DNA of 63,987 bases, the filler included, from Basidiobolus ranarum (lineage: Eukaryota): assembly GCA_040143965.1 (NCBI GenBank). It is 4 parts of 4 records of this genome, joined end to end, with 100 filler letters (N's around TTAATTAATTAA, not from the genome) between each part and the next. Parts side by side here need not be neighbours in the genome. Positions count along the whole stretch, not along the records: positions 16,980 to 33,855 come from JASJQH010000326.1; positions 33,956 to 50,799 come from JASJQH010000327.1; 2 more parts are not named here. The stretch is one strand, 5' to 3'. The position numbers and the translations under genes are program-made. Below the pieces are notes generated by a model. The model did no database searches. It saw only the letters and a program-made list of their open reading frames with translations, and had not been told where the DNA came from. The stretch's first letter is position 1; each line of letters starts with the position of its first letter. Positions 28,791 through 42,790 of the stretch are shown here, piece after piece.

Positions 28791-29713
28791 TTAAGCCTTG
28801 GACTTGGCAAGAGCCTTTTGCTTCTTGAGAGTAGCGGCTTGGGACTTGGATCCCATGATACCACCACCCCAGTGCTTGCGGACTTCATCGTACTTCTCGT
28901 TGTAGTTAGCCTTGACGGAGTCAACCAACTTAGCAAGATCGGCCTTATCTTCATCACGGATATCAGTGATAACAAGAGCGGTGGCGGTCTTCTTGTGTAC
29001 AACAGTACCAAGACGAGCCTTACCCTTAACAATGCAGTAAGGAATACCCATCTTACGGCAAAGAGCTGGCAACCAAAGAACGATTTCAATAGGATCAACA
29101 TCATCGGCAATGACAACGAGTTGAGCCTTCTTGGCTTCGATAAGAGCGGTGATGTGGTTGATACCATACTTGACAACAACTGGCTTCTTGGATTCAACCT
29201 TACCACCTTCAGCGGTAGTAGCGGCAGCTTCAGTAAGACGAGTCTTCTTCTCTTGAGCGGTCTCAGGACGATACTTGTTCAAGACCTTGAAGAGTTGAGT
29301 GGCAGTGTTACGATCCAAAACCTTGGTGAATTGGTTGATGGTAGGAGGGACCTTAAGACGGAGCTTAAGAACCTTTCTTTGACGTTGAAGACGAACATAC
29401 TCGGGCCACTTAACGTAACGAGATAAATCACGCTTAGGTTGGATATCAGCACCGATACCAAAGTTCTTAGGGGTCTTCTCGAACAAGGGGTTCTTGGTGA
29501 CCTTGCTGGTTTGCTTACCCTTCAAAGGGTAGGGAGCGGGGGCGACTTTCTTGGTGGATTTTCCCTTAGGCTATAAAGATGGATGGATAAGAATACATGA
29601 TTAGATTGAATGTGTGGAAACAATAAATGTTGGGGATACGACATGTATATTGGAGTCACTACAATGTATCAACTAATTCTATAATGCTAAAGTTTAAATT
29701 CCATTCCTACCAT
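28791..29713 (-). CDS. RPL8: 60S ribosomal protein eL8 (L7a/L8)
   Basis: [46 protein letters not shown]. First coding exon is ATG only (29713-29711), intron 29710-29571. Confidence 0.97.
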
Positions 29714-30171
29714 ATTATAAGCTGGCTAGTTGCACCTTCGGCGTGGTTTCCAAAGATTAGGCAGAAAAGAGAGATTCACTCTCCCATCACTCTATACTTT
29801 TTATTCTACTCAGTACTCACTAATTCGTCCAATCCGACTACCCCATTTCATTTATCCAATTTTTCTTCTTGAAATTATCCAATTTTGGTCATTAGAGATG
29901 GGCTTTATTCTATCCTATTAAATTGGTCAGATTTAATTATTAGCTTTTTGAGAACCCGATAAATTAATATTATTGTTATGATAATCAATGAATAAACTTC
30001 GTCAGGCTGATGAAATTTACTCATTCATCCACAGAGTTCAAACCTAATGCGGCTGTTTCATATATATACAACCTTAATTTTCTACTTATCACTCTTGGAA
30101 AACCAAATAGGGACTTCGGTCAAGGTACCAATTGTTCTTCAACGAATTGGTGATTAATGGATGCTAGGATG

Positions 30172-30435
30172 TGTTAAAATAAGCATAGACTAAACATAAA
30201 CTAAGATATCACCTCAAGAGGAATTTACTTGGGACATTTTTCAAACTTGTCCTAGAGGCACCAAACTATGCACACCTATTCCTGGGCCCTTCCTTAACAT
30301 ATTATATACCTCTTTTGCTTACATTATGACAAAATTAAAAATTTCAACTCTGTGCTCAATAAAGCAATAAGTGAAAACTATCAACTCTTTTAGTTCTTCA
30401 GACTGCTGACAACAAAATCCCAAAGTACTTCAACA
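30172..30435 (+). mobile_element. Solo LTR, family A (diverged)
   Basis: TGTT...CAACA termini; colinear with 50196-50524. No convincing target-site duplication. Confidence 0.75.
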
Positions 30436-30817
30436 TATGCATCTATATAGTCATATAGCTAGCTACGTAACTTCCCTATCTCATTATTCACTATCTTTAT
30501 GAGCAAATGGACTATTTTTGCCATCCTGCAAGTTGGAAGATTAAGTGATTGTCTCAAAATTGTCCAATAGAACCCAGAATTTGTACAGATGTCCCTGGGA
30601 CTATTTTAGCATATTTTACACATATACTTATCTACCTCTTGATAGAAGTATAGTTGTTAGCTTGTAATTCAATAATTTATTACCTGAAAATCACCAACTC
30701 TGTGAGTTATCCAACTCCTTTCTGACAATTGCAAAATTACCTCAAGGAATGCCAATGTGTTACTGTGAATTAGACCAATTGTTCCTCAAATATCATCCAT
30801 CATTATAGAGTGGAAAA

Positions 30818-31161
30818 TGCTGAAATAGCATTGCCTAAGCAACTATATAGTCACATATGCTAAAGTAATTCAGAGCCTGTTGGAAGTGGCTTGGAGAATT
30901 AGAGAAATTGGTGGTTCTCACTTGTTGATTTATTGAGTAAAGAGTTGACATTTATAGTTTTGTCAAGATGTAAGCAAACAGACATGTCAAATATGTCAAG
31001 GAAGGTCTCAGAAACATGTGTGCAAAGTTTGGGGCTTCTAGCACAAGTTTGAAAAATCTCTATATCCATGAACATCTAAGTTGGTAAAAGTATCCTAAGT
31101 AAATTCCAATTGAGAATAATGGGTAATATTTTAGTGAAGTACAAGATAACTAAGTACTAAG
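30818..31161 (-). mobile_element. LTR-A copy on the minus strand (30858-31161) abutting a plus-strand LTR-A 5' fragment (30818-30859)
   Basis: Direct similarity to 50196-50524 and to 16769-16879. Confidence 0.8.
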
Positions 31162-31164
31162 CCA

Positions 31165-31830
31165 GATAACTGTCAAGAGTTTTCTTAGCCATATTGCTTC
31201 TTTTGTTGCTTCACAGGCAGCCATGTACTTTGCTTCTGCTGGTGAAAGTGCTATTGTAGGTTATTTCTTTGAATTCCAAGAAATAGTTCCATCACAGTAA
31301 AGAATTAAGTATTCTGTTGTAGATCTCCTGACTTCAATATATCTTCCCCAATCTGCATCTGAATATCCTATCAGATCAAATTTTGATCCAGAATATGTGT
31401 ATATTAAGCACAGATCCACAGTACCTGTCAGATATCTGAAAATCTGCTTAACTGGTATGATTTAATCAAATCCATAATGTTGAAGATATTGGCACATAAC
31501 TCCCACATAATATGCAGCATCAGGTCATGTTCCAACCATTATATAGATCAAACTACCAACCATATATTGATAAGGAAATTTATGGCTTTCATTTGAATTT
31601 AAGAATATCTGATTTGAGCTATTTTTGGTCTAGTTAAGAATTGTCTCCATTGGGGTAGATACTGGATTGCATTCTACATTTTTAAACTTCCTTAGCATAT
31701 CTAAGATGTACTAGACTGGTTTAAAGTTATTATTTTGGTAGGTTTATCTATCTTAATTTGGACTCCAAGATGTTACTTCAGTTCACCAAGATCAGTCATT
31801 TCAAATTAGGTAGATAAGCTGAATTTGGTT
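31165..31830 (-). pseudogene. Ty1/copia reverse transcriptase-RNase H fragment
   Basis: MTDLGELK*HLGV, IGYSDADWG..RRSTT, ISWNSKK*PTIALSPAEAKYMAACEATKEAIWLRKLL. Internal stops. Confidence 0.9.
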
Positions 31831-31836
31831 TGCTCC

Positions 31837-33745
31837 TGTTGGATAATCAATCTTTATTTAATATCTTAGTTAACTTTAATTATGAGACATATATCAGAAG
31901 CAGAAAACAATATATCAGTAGCCCCTATATTTTAAGTTGGAATATGTCTATATCTATATAACAAGTATGTCTTATTAACCCTGCTTATCTTTTATATCTT
32001 ATGACACACACTCCTGAATATCTCAAACAATTGATTTACTTCTCTATTATATAGGTCACAATATTATCTTAAGAATAAAGTAGCCAAGAACACCATCATA
32101 AGTTGCCTGTAATATACAAAGTCTACCCCCATTATGTCAAGATCCTCCAACATGGTAGCAGTGAGTGGGTTAGTCTCTTCTTTCCAAAAAGAGATTACTA
32201 ATATTCAAATGTTCAATGGAGAAGATTTCCATGAATGGAAATTCAAGATGCATCATATGCTTGGAGGGAAACATGTTGGGGAAGCTGTTCAACCAGATGA
32301 AGAAGAAGAAACTTCTGGAGAAGAAAGCACAGATTCTGACACTGAAACAAAGAAGCCAACAAGTAAAGAAGCCAGGTAAACCTGTAAAGAAAAAGACAGA
32401 TGGGCATTCTGGAAAATATGTCTAATACTGGGGCCACAACAACTCATGCTAGTCAGAGATGCTGAATCAGCCAAGAATACATGGGAAATCCTAGTGCAAC
32501 ATCATCAGCAAGAACAGAAAATTTGACCTTAAGTTAGGTATTTTGCAGACTTCTGCATGAAGATTTATGCAAATTAGGATCAAACCTAAAGAATGAAGAG
32601 AATGCTTTATAGGCTGTGGAAAACCCTCCTATAAAGGTAGAAAGCACTTAAAGAAGAAAAGTAACACATTCTGTGATTCCTGTAAAAGAGCTGGCAATTT
32701 AAGCAAAGATTGCTTTGAAAGAATTACCACAGAGGAAAAATGTACCAAATCTGAAATGTATTTACAGCATAAGATCACTTGTTCATGTCTGCTCTATCTA
32801 TAACTACCAACAAGGATTCAAAGACATGGTATAATGATTCTAGAGCCACCCAACATTTCACAAATGAAAAGCATTTGTTGGTGGATTTTGAAGAAGTCTC
32901 AAATAGAAAAGTTTTCATGGCAGATGACAACACAATCAATGCCATTGGAATGAGAACAATTAAAGTCAATATAACTGGAGTTTCTGAAGAGAAAGTGCTT
33001 ATCCTTAAGGATGTACTAAATGTTCCAGATATTGCCAAGAATTTAATATCATAATGCAAGGTCACCTCAGAAGGGCCAAAATTCAAATTTGATAAGTCAG
33101 GATGCACCATGACTTATCAAAATGGGAATAATTTAGCTTTGGGAGAAAAGGGTCAGAGCTTATACAAACTTACATACAATCCAAGAGGTTTATGTGTATA
33201 TATAAGTTATTACAATTGAAAAACTATTGAATTATGGCATAAGAGATTTGGCCATATCAGATTTGATTATATGAGCAAATAATCAAAAATTGCCAAATTT
33301 TTGGAATTCCAATAAACCCCCCAACCAAGATGGAAATTTGTTGGGGTCATATATATGGAGAACAAGCCAGGCAATATTCAAGAGCTTGGGTTTAGTTGCA
33401 TCTGTCCAAAAATTGGATCTAATTCATTCAGATTTGTGTGGACCTATGCAAACATTAGCTTTAGGTGAAAATATATTTAATCACATTTATTGAGGATTAT
33501 ATAAGATACATTGGGGTCTACTTTATGGAAAGAGCAGAAGAAGCACTCTCTATCTTTAGCGACTTTGAAACACTTGTGGAGACTGAAACTGGAATTAAAA
33601 TCAAGAAAGTACATACTGATAATGGTGAACAATTTACTGCAACACTATTTAATCACTTTTGCAAAATTCATGGAATTAAGCAAGATACTACTGCCCTCTA
33701 TTGACCTCAACAAAATGGAATTGCTGAAAGAGCTATCAAGACTAT
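31837..33745 (+). mobile_element. Decayed Ty1/copia element: LTR-B-like repeat (31837-32092), gag, zinc knuckle, protease, GAG-pre-integrase and integrase core
   Basis: FNGEDFHEWKFKM, CDSCKRAGNLSKDC, WYNDSRATQH, LWHKRFGH, LDLIHSDLCGPM, VHTDNGEQF, PQQNGIAER. Multiple frameshifts and stops. Confidence 0.92.
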
Positions 33746-33854
33746 AAGTAAATTCCAATTGAGAATAATTGATAATATCTTAGTGAGTTATAAGATAACT
33801 AAGTACTAAGCTATATATGACTATATAGGTGTTTAGGCAATGCTAATTTCAACA
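33746..33854 (-). mobile_element. 5' portion of LTR-A interrupting the integrase
   Basis: Reverse complement reads TGTTGAAATTAGCATTGCCTAAACACCTATATAGTCATATATAGC, nearly identical to 50196 onward. Confidence 0.85.
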
Positions 33855-33855
33855 C

Positions 33856-33955
33856 NNNNNNNNNNNNNNNNNNNNNNNNNNNNNNNNNNNNNNNNNNNNT
33901 TAATTAATTAANNNNNNNNNNNNNNNNNNNNNNNNNNNNNNNNNNNNNNNNNNNN
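33856..33955. other. Artificial contig spacer
   Basis: N run with TTAATTAATTAA at 33900-33911. Confidence 0.97.
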
Positions 33956-35355
33956 CTCTCAAGTTGTAAGTCTACAAGATGGTTCCTACCTCCGATAAGG
34001 GACGGTTCTATGCTTTCGGTCGTGTCTTCGCTGGTACCGTCCGTTCCGGTCTTAAGGTCCGTATCCAAGGTCCTAACTACCTCCCTGGTAAGAAGGATGA
34101 TTTGTTCATCAAGAACATCCAACGTACTATTCTTATGATGGGTCGTTATGTTGAACCCATTGAAGATTGCCCCGCTGGTAACATTGTTGGTCTTGTTGGT
34201 GTTGATCAGTTCTTGCTCAAGTCTGGTACCATCACTACCGATGAGAACGCCTACAATCTTAAGGTCATGAAGTTCTCCGTCTCCCCAGTTGTCCAAATCG
34301 CTGTCGAGGTCAAGAACGCCAACGATCTCCCCAAGCTCGTTGAAGGTTTGAAGCGTCTTTCCAAGTCCGATCCTTGCGTCCAATGCTACACCTCCGACTC
34401 CGGTGAACACATTGTTGCCGGTGCTGGTGAACTCCATTTGGAAATTTGCTTGAAGGATCTTGAAGAAGATCACGCTCAAGTCCCTATCAAGATTGGTAAC
34501 CCCGTTGTTCCCTACAAGGAAACCGTCCAAACCGAATCTACCGTTACTGCTCTCTCCAAGTCCCCCAACAAGCATAACCGTATCTTCATGAAGGCCTTCC
34601 CTATTCAAGAAGAGCTCGCTGCCGATATCGAAGAGGGTAAGATTACTCCTCGTGATGATTTCAAGGCTCGTGCCCGTGTCCTTGCCGAAGAATACGGATG
34701 GGATGTCACTGATGCTCGTAAGATCTGGTGCTTCGGTCCTGATACCAACGGTGCCAATCTTTTGGTTGATGTCACCAAGGGTGTCCAATACCTTAACGAA
34801 ATCAAGGATTCCTGCGTTGCTGCTTTCCAATGGGCTACCAAGGAAGGTGTCTGTGCTGATGAAGCCATGCGTGGTTGCCGTTTCAACATCCTTGATGTTG
34901 TTCTTCACGCTGATGCCATCCATCGTGGTGGAGGTCAAATCATTCCTACTTGCCGTCGTGCTATCTATGCTTCCGTCTTGGTTTCCGAACCCGGACTTTT
35001 CGAGCCTGTCTACCTCGTTGAAATTCAATGCCCTGAGAACGCCATGGGTGGTATCTACGGTGTATTGAACAGACGTCGTGGTCACGTTATCTCTGAGGAA
35101 CAACGTCCTGGTACTCCTCTTTACAACGTTAAGGCTTACTTGCCTGTCAGTGAATCTTTCGGTTTCACCGCCGATCTTCGTTCCAACACTGGTGGACAAG
35201 CCTTCCCTCAATGTGTCTTCGATCACTGGCAATTGATGAACGGATCTCCTCTTGATCCTACTTCCAAGGTTGGTGAGATCGTCAAGAACATCCGTGTCAG
35301 AAAGGGTCTCTCTGAGGAAGTTCCTCCTCTCGATCGTTTCTTGGATAAATTATAA
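33956..35355 (+). CDS. EFT1: Translation elongation factor 2, C-terminal half (5' end lost at the contig edge)
   Basis: [28 protein letters not shown], diphthamide loop [11 protein letters not shown], ends FLDKL*. Strong codon bias. Confidence 0.98.
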
Positions 35356-36032
35356 ACACTTAACTTCTGTAAAATGTTTTGAGGGAAGATACTATGATTT
35401 GAAGACAATCTAACTGATTCTCTTATCTTCTCATGTGTATTTAGCATTCGATAAACAAAATAAATCCTTAGATCAGCTAAAACATGTTTGTTAATTATTT
35501 TCTTAATATTATTATGACGCATAGTCCGTAATGAAACCACTTTGTGGTTCAAAATATCTTTTTTGTATTCATTATAATTGGATTGGCAACAGTTTAGATT
35601 ACTCGTAAGTGATCCTATTTTGGCAAACATAATTACTGGGTTATCAACTAATTATCGTCACATCTAGACTGTGGTCGATATGGGTAGGATTAGATTCAAA
35701 AACGTTCACTTATATAGGGTTTTCGTTACTTCAATAGGCATTTGAACTTCTAAAGAAAGATGCTGAAAATCGATGCTTCTTTCTTATATCGCAGATCAGC
35801 ATTGATATCAATTACATCTTATATATCCATACTTCAAAATTACAATCACTTTCTTCGGGATTGTTTTGCATCTAGATTTTCATGCTTGATATATATGTAA
35901 AGTTCGGTTGTTTCAGAACTTTCGAAAAAGTTAATTTGGTAAATAAACAAGTGAACAAGTGTCAACATATTTTTACATTCAACGATTTTATTAAAATAAT
36001 TACAAAGCGTTGGAGAATAGGATTTGAAAAAT

Positions 36033-36854
<822 letters not shown>

Positions 36855-37581
36855 TTTTCTAATGATTCATGGGAATAAAACGCGTTAATTAAGTCAACAA
36901 TAACATCGTATGAGATAAGAAGCAATTCGCAAGCTAACCTTAAGTCAAAGGAGAAGTATAAGTTATACTGAAGTAAAATCAATGCGAATTGGAATCCAAT
37001 TTATATATGATTCGAAGATTCATCTTCAATGACGAAATCAAGTTTGGGACGTGTTGCCAACAGGGGATCCAAATGGAGATTGATCAAATACCGAGTTTCC
37101 TAAATTAATCATCGAATTCTAAACTGATTCAAGTCTAATTATCTTTCAAATACTCATGATAGGCGGATTCAACGTCATTCCACTAACAGTGGGATAGTAA
37201 ATTTGTAAACAAACTTACCAGGTATTAGTCTGGCTTTGTTGGGATACATCTAGGCTTTCCGAGTCCTTGAAAAAGCCTATCCGATGCGAAGATTAAGTCT
37301 GAGGTGGAATCTAGCCATTCATTGACCTATTTTAACAACGTAAGCTGTGAAGTCTGATCCGGTTTTGAGATTCTTCCATTTCCTTCTATTCTCTTCATGG
37401 GGAATCATAGACATGGGCATGTGATCTAGACCGCCCCCTACTATATTATCGATATTATTCAAACCCCAACCTCTTCGACTATGCTAATACTATATATTCA
37501 CCTTACTTCTGATTGTAGAATAGAAGAATGCGGATGATTAAGCTTTGTAAACGGATCAAGAATACTCAGCATAGATAGAGC

Positions 37582-37600
37582 TAGGGTTAGGGTTAGGGTT
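37582..37600 (+). repeat. Interstitial telomere-like (TTAGGG)3
   Basis: TAGGGTTAGGGTTAGGGTT read directly. Confidence 0.85.
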
Positions 37601-38374
37601 GTACTAGTCATCCGTATTATCCTCTGAATTTGGGGTTACCACTTGAGTCACTATTTACACGGTGTTCAGTTGACAGCATACAACCACTGCACTAATTTTG
37701 GCCAAGTCACACCGACACTAGCATATACTGATTGAACAAGGGAAAAGTCCATTGGCACATTATGTAGCCTCAAGTCACATTGTGCATTGATGGTGACGAC
37801 TCTAAGTTCCCATACGTCAATGCAAGGACAATGCTCGTAGATTTACCTTCACCGCCAGCACCGCCATCACTGCCCTAGTTGCTCAGCTCGTAGATTAATA
37901 TCCATCATTACGTATCAGACCTAACCCTTGAAATGAATGTGGTAATGGCAGTCGTAATGGTCATGGTAATGAGCCAAAGCAATGGTTAATGGTTAATGGT
38001 GTTGGTATTCTCATTTAAAAATAGTCAGCATTGGAGGATTATAGGAATACAATTCAATGTCAAGCCAATCATAGGCATAGAGCTATATTTAGGGGATAGA
38101 GACAGGATTATATATATGTATATTGCATTAAATTAGCTTTCTTCATGCCCCATATAAATCTCCTATGATACGAATCTAAGTTTTTGTAACTAAAAAAGGT
38201 CTCACTCTGTCCTACCCTGTAAACCCAATCTTTTTAAAGTACGACTTAGCTTAACTCTGTCCACAATCCACTATAGCTTTGGTTTATCCTGGTGTTTAAA
38301 CCTTACTCTTGTTAACTCATAACCCCTCTTCACATTAAAGAAATATCTGTAGATTCTTTCAGTCTTACTAAAGT

Positions 38375-39642
38375 ATGGACGACAAGTACATTGGCCTATG
38401 TTTGGCCGCTTCCTCAAGCCTTTTAATTGGTGTTAGTTTCATTCTTACGAAGAAAGGCTTAATCGATTCCTCTTCACAAGAAGGTGAGTTCTCTGTAGAC
38501 CGCACGTCAAGTACAGTTCTGTTTTGACTCTTTGTTAATATAGATACAACGAGTGGCGATACCTACTCGTACCTAACCAACTATACCTGGTGGGCTGGAA
38601 TGGTTACAAGTAAGTTAGGTGTAAGATACTCTGTCTTTCATACTGGACACTAACTCAACCTTAAAAGTGGTATTGGGAGAAATCGCCAATTTTGCTGCAT
38701 ATTCGTTTGCACCAGCCATCCTTGTCACGCCTTTGGGTGCCTTAAGTGTCTTGATTAGGTAAGTTCATTTGTATCGTCCAAATTCATACATATATATCTA
38801 AACAGTCCACAATCCGTTATCTAGTGCCATCTTAGCATCATGGTTTTTGGACGAACGCCTTGGACTCACAGGTAAGGCAGGCTGCGCCTTGTGTCTCATT
38901 GGATCTGTCGTGATAGTTCTGCATTCTCCTGAAGACAAAGAAATCATCTCGGTGGATCAAATGCTACATCTTGCTATTCAACCAGGTATGGAAACAGCAA
39001 CGATTCTCTTTTATGTGTGACATGTCCTAATGTATATGTGTATAAGCATTTATGGTCTATTGCATTCTCGTTCTCATTACCACGTTGTTTCTAATCTACC
39101 GTGTGGTTCCGAAATATGGCAAGAAGAACCCGTTAGTCTACGTTACCATTTGCTCTCTGGTAGGGTCAGTAAGCGTCATGGCTGTCAAAGGGTTTGGAAT
39201 TGCGCTAAAGCTAACGTTTGCGGGATCGAATCAGCTAACCCACCCCTCAACATATGTTTTTGCGGGAGTGGTCGGGGTTGCTATCCTAACTCAAATGAAC
39301 TACTTCAATAAGGCATTGGATCTGTTCTCCACGAACATCGTTACCCCTATCTACTATGTCTTCTTTACTACCGCGACTATTGTTGCATCTGCCTTGTTGT
39401 TCCAAGGATTCAATGAGTCTAACCCTGTCAATTTGATCTCCTTATTCTGCGGGTTCTTCACCATCTTTGTTGGAGTGTTTCTGCTAAACTCTAACCCTCA
39501 TGATAGGTCACCGAATGTTATAAATAAGCTCCCCATGTACGATACGGGTGACAATGTGTCGCTATTAAAGGTGGTGAATTCCACCAGTTTAGGGCTGCAT
39601 GGGCTTGACAGTGACGGTGATGGTGATGATGAATCATTTTAA
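38375..39642 (+). CDS. NIPA-family magnesium transporter, multi-exon
   Basis: [81 protein letters not shown]. Confidence 0.93.
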
Positions 39643-40088
39643 TGTCTCTGCTGCATCTCCTGACACCACTTTCCATGTAATATAAATCGAAGTCGGAGAC
39701 TATTTTTTATATATAAACCTTTAAGCCTATAAACCACTGAGCCCACCAGAAACACATAAGCGTTCAATAAAGCATCAATGGTAATCATTTAGCCATTATC
39801 ACTTGACCTGCCAGCCTATATCCATTTTTAGACATACAATATCGTCCCATCTGTATCATCATCACCGCCAAGTTATTTTTATTCATTCTGATCATAGGCC
39901 ATTATTTGCTACCGTTATTTGATCATTTGTATTAGTCGAGTCGAGAATAGCAGCCAGAATAGTAGCCTTTGATCTGACCACGTTTTTATTGATTGATCGT
40001 TTTTTGCCACAGCCCACTTATTTATATCTACACGGTGAAGATTAATCCTGGTTCAGGACTGTACATTCCTTCTTCTTTGAAAATTAAC

Positions 40089-41154
40089 ATGAATAAACCG
40101 TTTGGCTGGTTAACTCTTCTACTTGTAGTATTATTTGCTATTCAAGTTATTGCAAGGGAACCACCAAAATGGGTAGGTTCTTATCTTACACTAAGAGTAA
40201 CTGTATTGGCGCTAATTTTCTTCATCACTGTAGCAAAACCAAAACCTGGAGGAATTCCCCGGCATTCTAGATGAGGCCCCACCTTCCAAACTAGAGGTTG
40301 GTATCATATAGAAGAATATACCAATATAAACGAATGTTTCTTTATCTAAACCCAATTCATTTTCCTCACAGAAGGATTATATGGACGCCATATTTACCGA
40401 TCAAGATGAAACTGTACCCCACAGTGGGTTCGATTTTGAGTACGACTTTGATAGTAATGATAAAAAATCGTTCTTTTTAAGCATCGTTACTATCATCGTT
40501 TCAGAGATTGGAGATAAAACGTTCTTCATCGCTGCCATCATGGCTATGAGTCATTCGCGCCTCTTAATTTTTGCAGCAGCTTTTTCCGCTTTGATGATTA
40601 TGTCCATATTTTCAGCAGTCTTGGGACACGTGGTACTAACTGTCGTTCCTAAACACTATGTTACTTTCATGGCGAGTTTGTTATTCTTTGCGTTTGGAGT
40701 GAAAATTATGTTAGAGGCATGGAATATGACAGGAAATGAAGGTCAACAAGAATTAGAAGAAGTTACTACGGAGTTGGAAGAACATAAACATTCGGAGAAA
40801 CTAAATCATATGGAAGAAGCAAATGAACCTAGTAAAAAGAGCTCGGGTGCGGCGGAGTTATTGCAATACCTTTTATCACCAACATTCGTTCAAACTTTCG
40901 TCCTTACCTTCTTGGCTGAATGGGGAGATAGATCACAAATAGCTACTATCGCTTTGGGTGCCTCTGAAAATGTATTCTGGGTTTGTATAGGTACAGTGTT
41001 CGGTCATGGATTATGTACTGCAGTGGCAGTGGCTGGTGGTCGTTTGTTGGCTACTAAAATATCCGTGCGAACAGTCAATTTGGTTGGATCGGTTCTGTTC
41101 ATTATCTTTGGTATTATTTATCTCTATCAAGGAGTAAACGAACAAAGAGTTTAA
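40089..41154 (+). CDS. GDT1: GDT1/TMEM165 (UPF0016) Golgi Ca2+/Mn2+ transporter with signal peptide, two introns
   Basis: Paired motifs SEIGDKTF and AEWGDRSQ. Confidence 0.93.
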
Positions 41155-41508
41155 TCGAGAACTGGCTTCTGGCCCTTTCATTCCTGTTCCCCGCTTTCAC
41201 TATGTTGAATCCACTTGTAATAATAATATCCCTTACATTTAACAATATCTCTTAAGTAAAATATTAAACATAGTTCTTTCAAGGTTAACTTTAATCACCC
41301 ATCTAAATAACTATTCAATAGAAAGGCTTTTTTTCAATGACCAAAAAAAATCCCATTCCATATAGGTTCGATACTGTTGGTAAAAAGAAAAAAAATAGTA
41401 AAAAAAAATCATGAATTCTATATTCTAAATTTTTAACTAAGAAAAGTGGATAATTTGGTGTTCTTAGTGTCCTATTAGTCCCTTTGCTAGAAACGCTCTA
41501 AACGTATC

Positions 41509-42447
41509 ATGTCTTCTATATTAGATTCTAAGCAGGTAAGGTTCTGGTATTAGTCTAACCCCTACTATCTGTATTTCTAACTCCTATTGTTGTCGTGTTT
41601 AGACCTTGAAGGCTGCTGGCGCTCTCCTCAAACACGCTGCTAAAGTCAGCGAGGCCAATGAAGACCAACTCCTCCAAGACGAGGAACCCATTTGGTTGGT
41701 TGTCACCACCAAGAAGTTCTCCGAGAACTCTAACATCAAGCCTGCTAAGATGTAAGTATTATATTTAAGAAGCGACAGAGAAACGAATATCAACTAAACT
41801 CATGTTCAATAGTCCTTTGAGACACCCTATTATTAGCCCAGGTGTAGATATTTGCTTGTTTACCAAGGACCCCCAGAAAGAATATAAACAGTTGTTGGAA
41901 ACTAAGGGAGTTAAAAGAATCTCCAAGGTTTGTTGCACTTGACGTACATTCTTCACCTCAACTCGGTCATTAACCTTAACTCTAGGTCATGGGAGTCTCG
42001 AAACTCAAGGCCAAGTACAAGACCTACGAATCTAAGCGTGACCTCTGTCAATCCTATGGACTCTTCCTTGCTGATGCCCGCATCATCCCTATGCTTCCCA
42101 AACTTATCGGAAAGAAATTCTTCGAGCGTAAGAAGCAACCCATCCCAATCAACCTCACAGTTGGTAACATCGACAACGAAGTGAAAAAGATCCTCTCTTC
42201 CACTTACATGTTCAAACCAAATGGTACTTGCATGTCCATCAAGATCGGATTGACTTCCCAATCAGCCCAAGAAGTGGCGGAAAATATCGATTACGCCATC
42301 ACTCATATTGTTGAAAAGATTCCCAAGAAATGGAAGAATATTCAAAGCTTACATATCAAAACTACCGAATCGATTGCTTTACCCATCTTCAACTCTCTTC
42401 CAGATGACGTTAATACTATTCAAATCAGACCAGTCAAATCCAATTAA
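41509..42447 (+). CDS. Ribosomal L1-domain ribosome biogenesis protein (Utp30/Cic1/RSL1D1-like), multi-exon
   Basis: ICLFTKDPQ, SKLKAKYKTYESKRDL, FLADARIIPMLPKLIGKKFF, KWKNIQSLHIKTTESIALP. Confidence 0.88.
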
Positions 42448-42790
42448 TCTCTCGTCACTTGCCATACTTCCCCCATCTTTTCTGTTGTAATATCCACAAT
42501 CTCGCTCTCTTTACATGCCCATAACATAGAATTGCCACTTATTCTTAAATAAAAGTATTACTTGAATAACAAAATCGCTTGAATCTCCCTTGAATCTCCC
42601 TTGAATATTATAATTAATGGCCATTGTTCTGGAACTTGCTTGTCCATACATGGGTAGGATAGATGAGTACCTAGCTCTATGAATTTTACTGCAGCAACTT
42701 GTGCAGAAAACGACTTCTTTGCCGGCATGCAAAAGCAAGAAACAGTGGAGTAATGGTCATAATAGATGTATTGAAGTCTTGGGTTATACA

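Noticed and set aside
33904-35232. 442-aa minus-strand ORF opposite eEF2, and similar long antisense ORFs over RPL8 (28785-29426) and TPI1 (36024-36701)
   Set aside because: Shadow ORFs caused by the strong codon bias of highly expressed genes. No recognisable motifs, and the first runs into the N spacer.
38375-41154. NIPA and GDT1 side by side as a divalent-cation gene cluster
   Set aside because: Two adjacent housekeeping transporters with no shared regulatory motif seen. The zinc transporter is on another contig.
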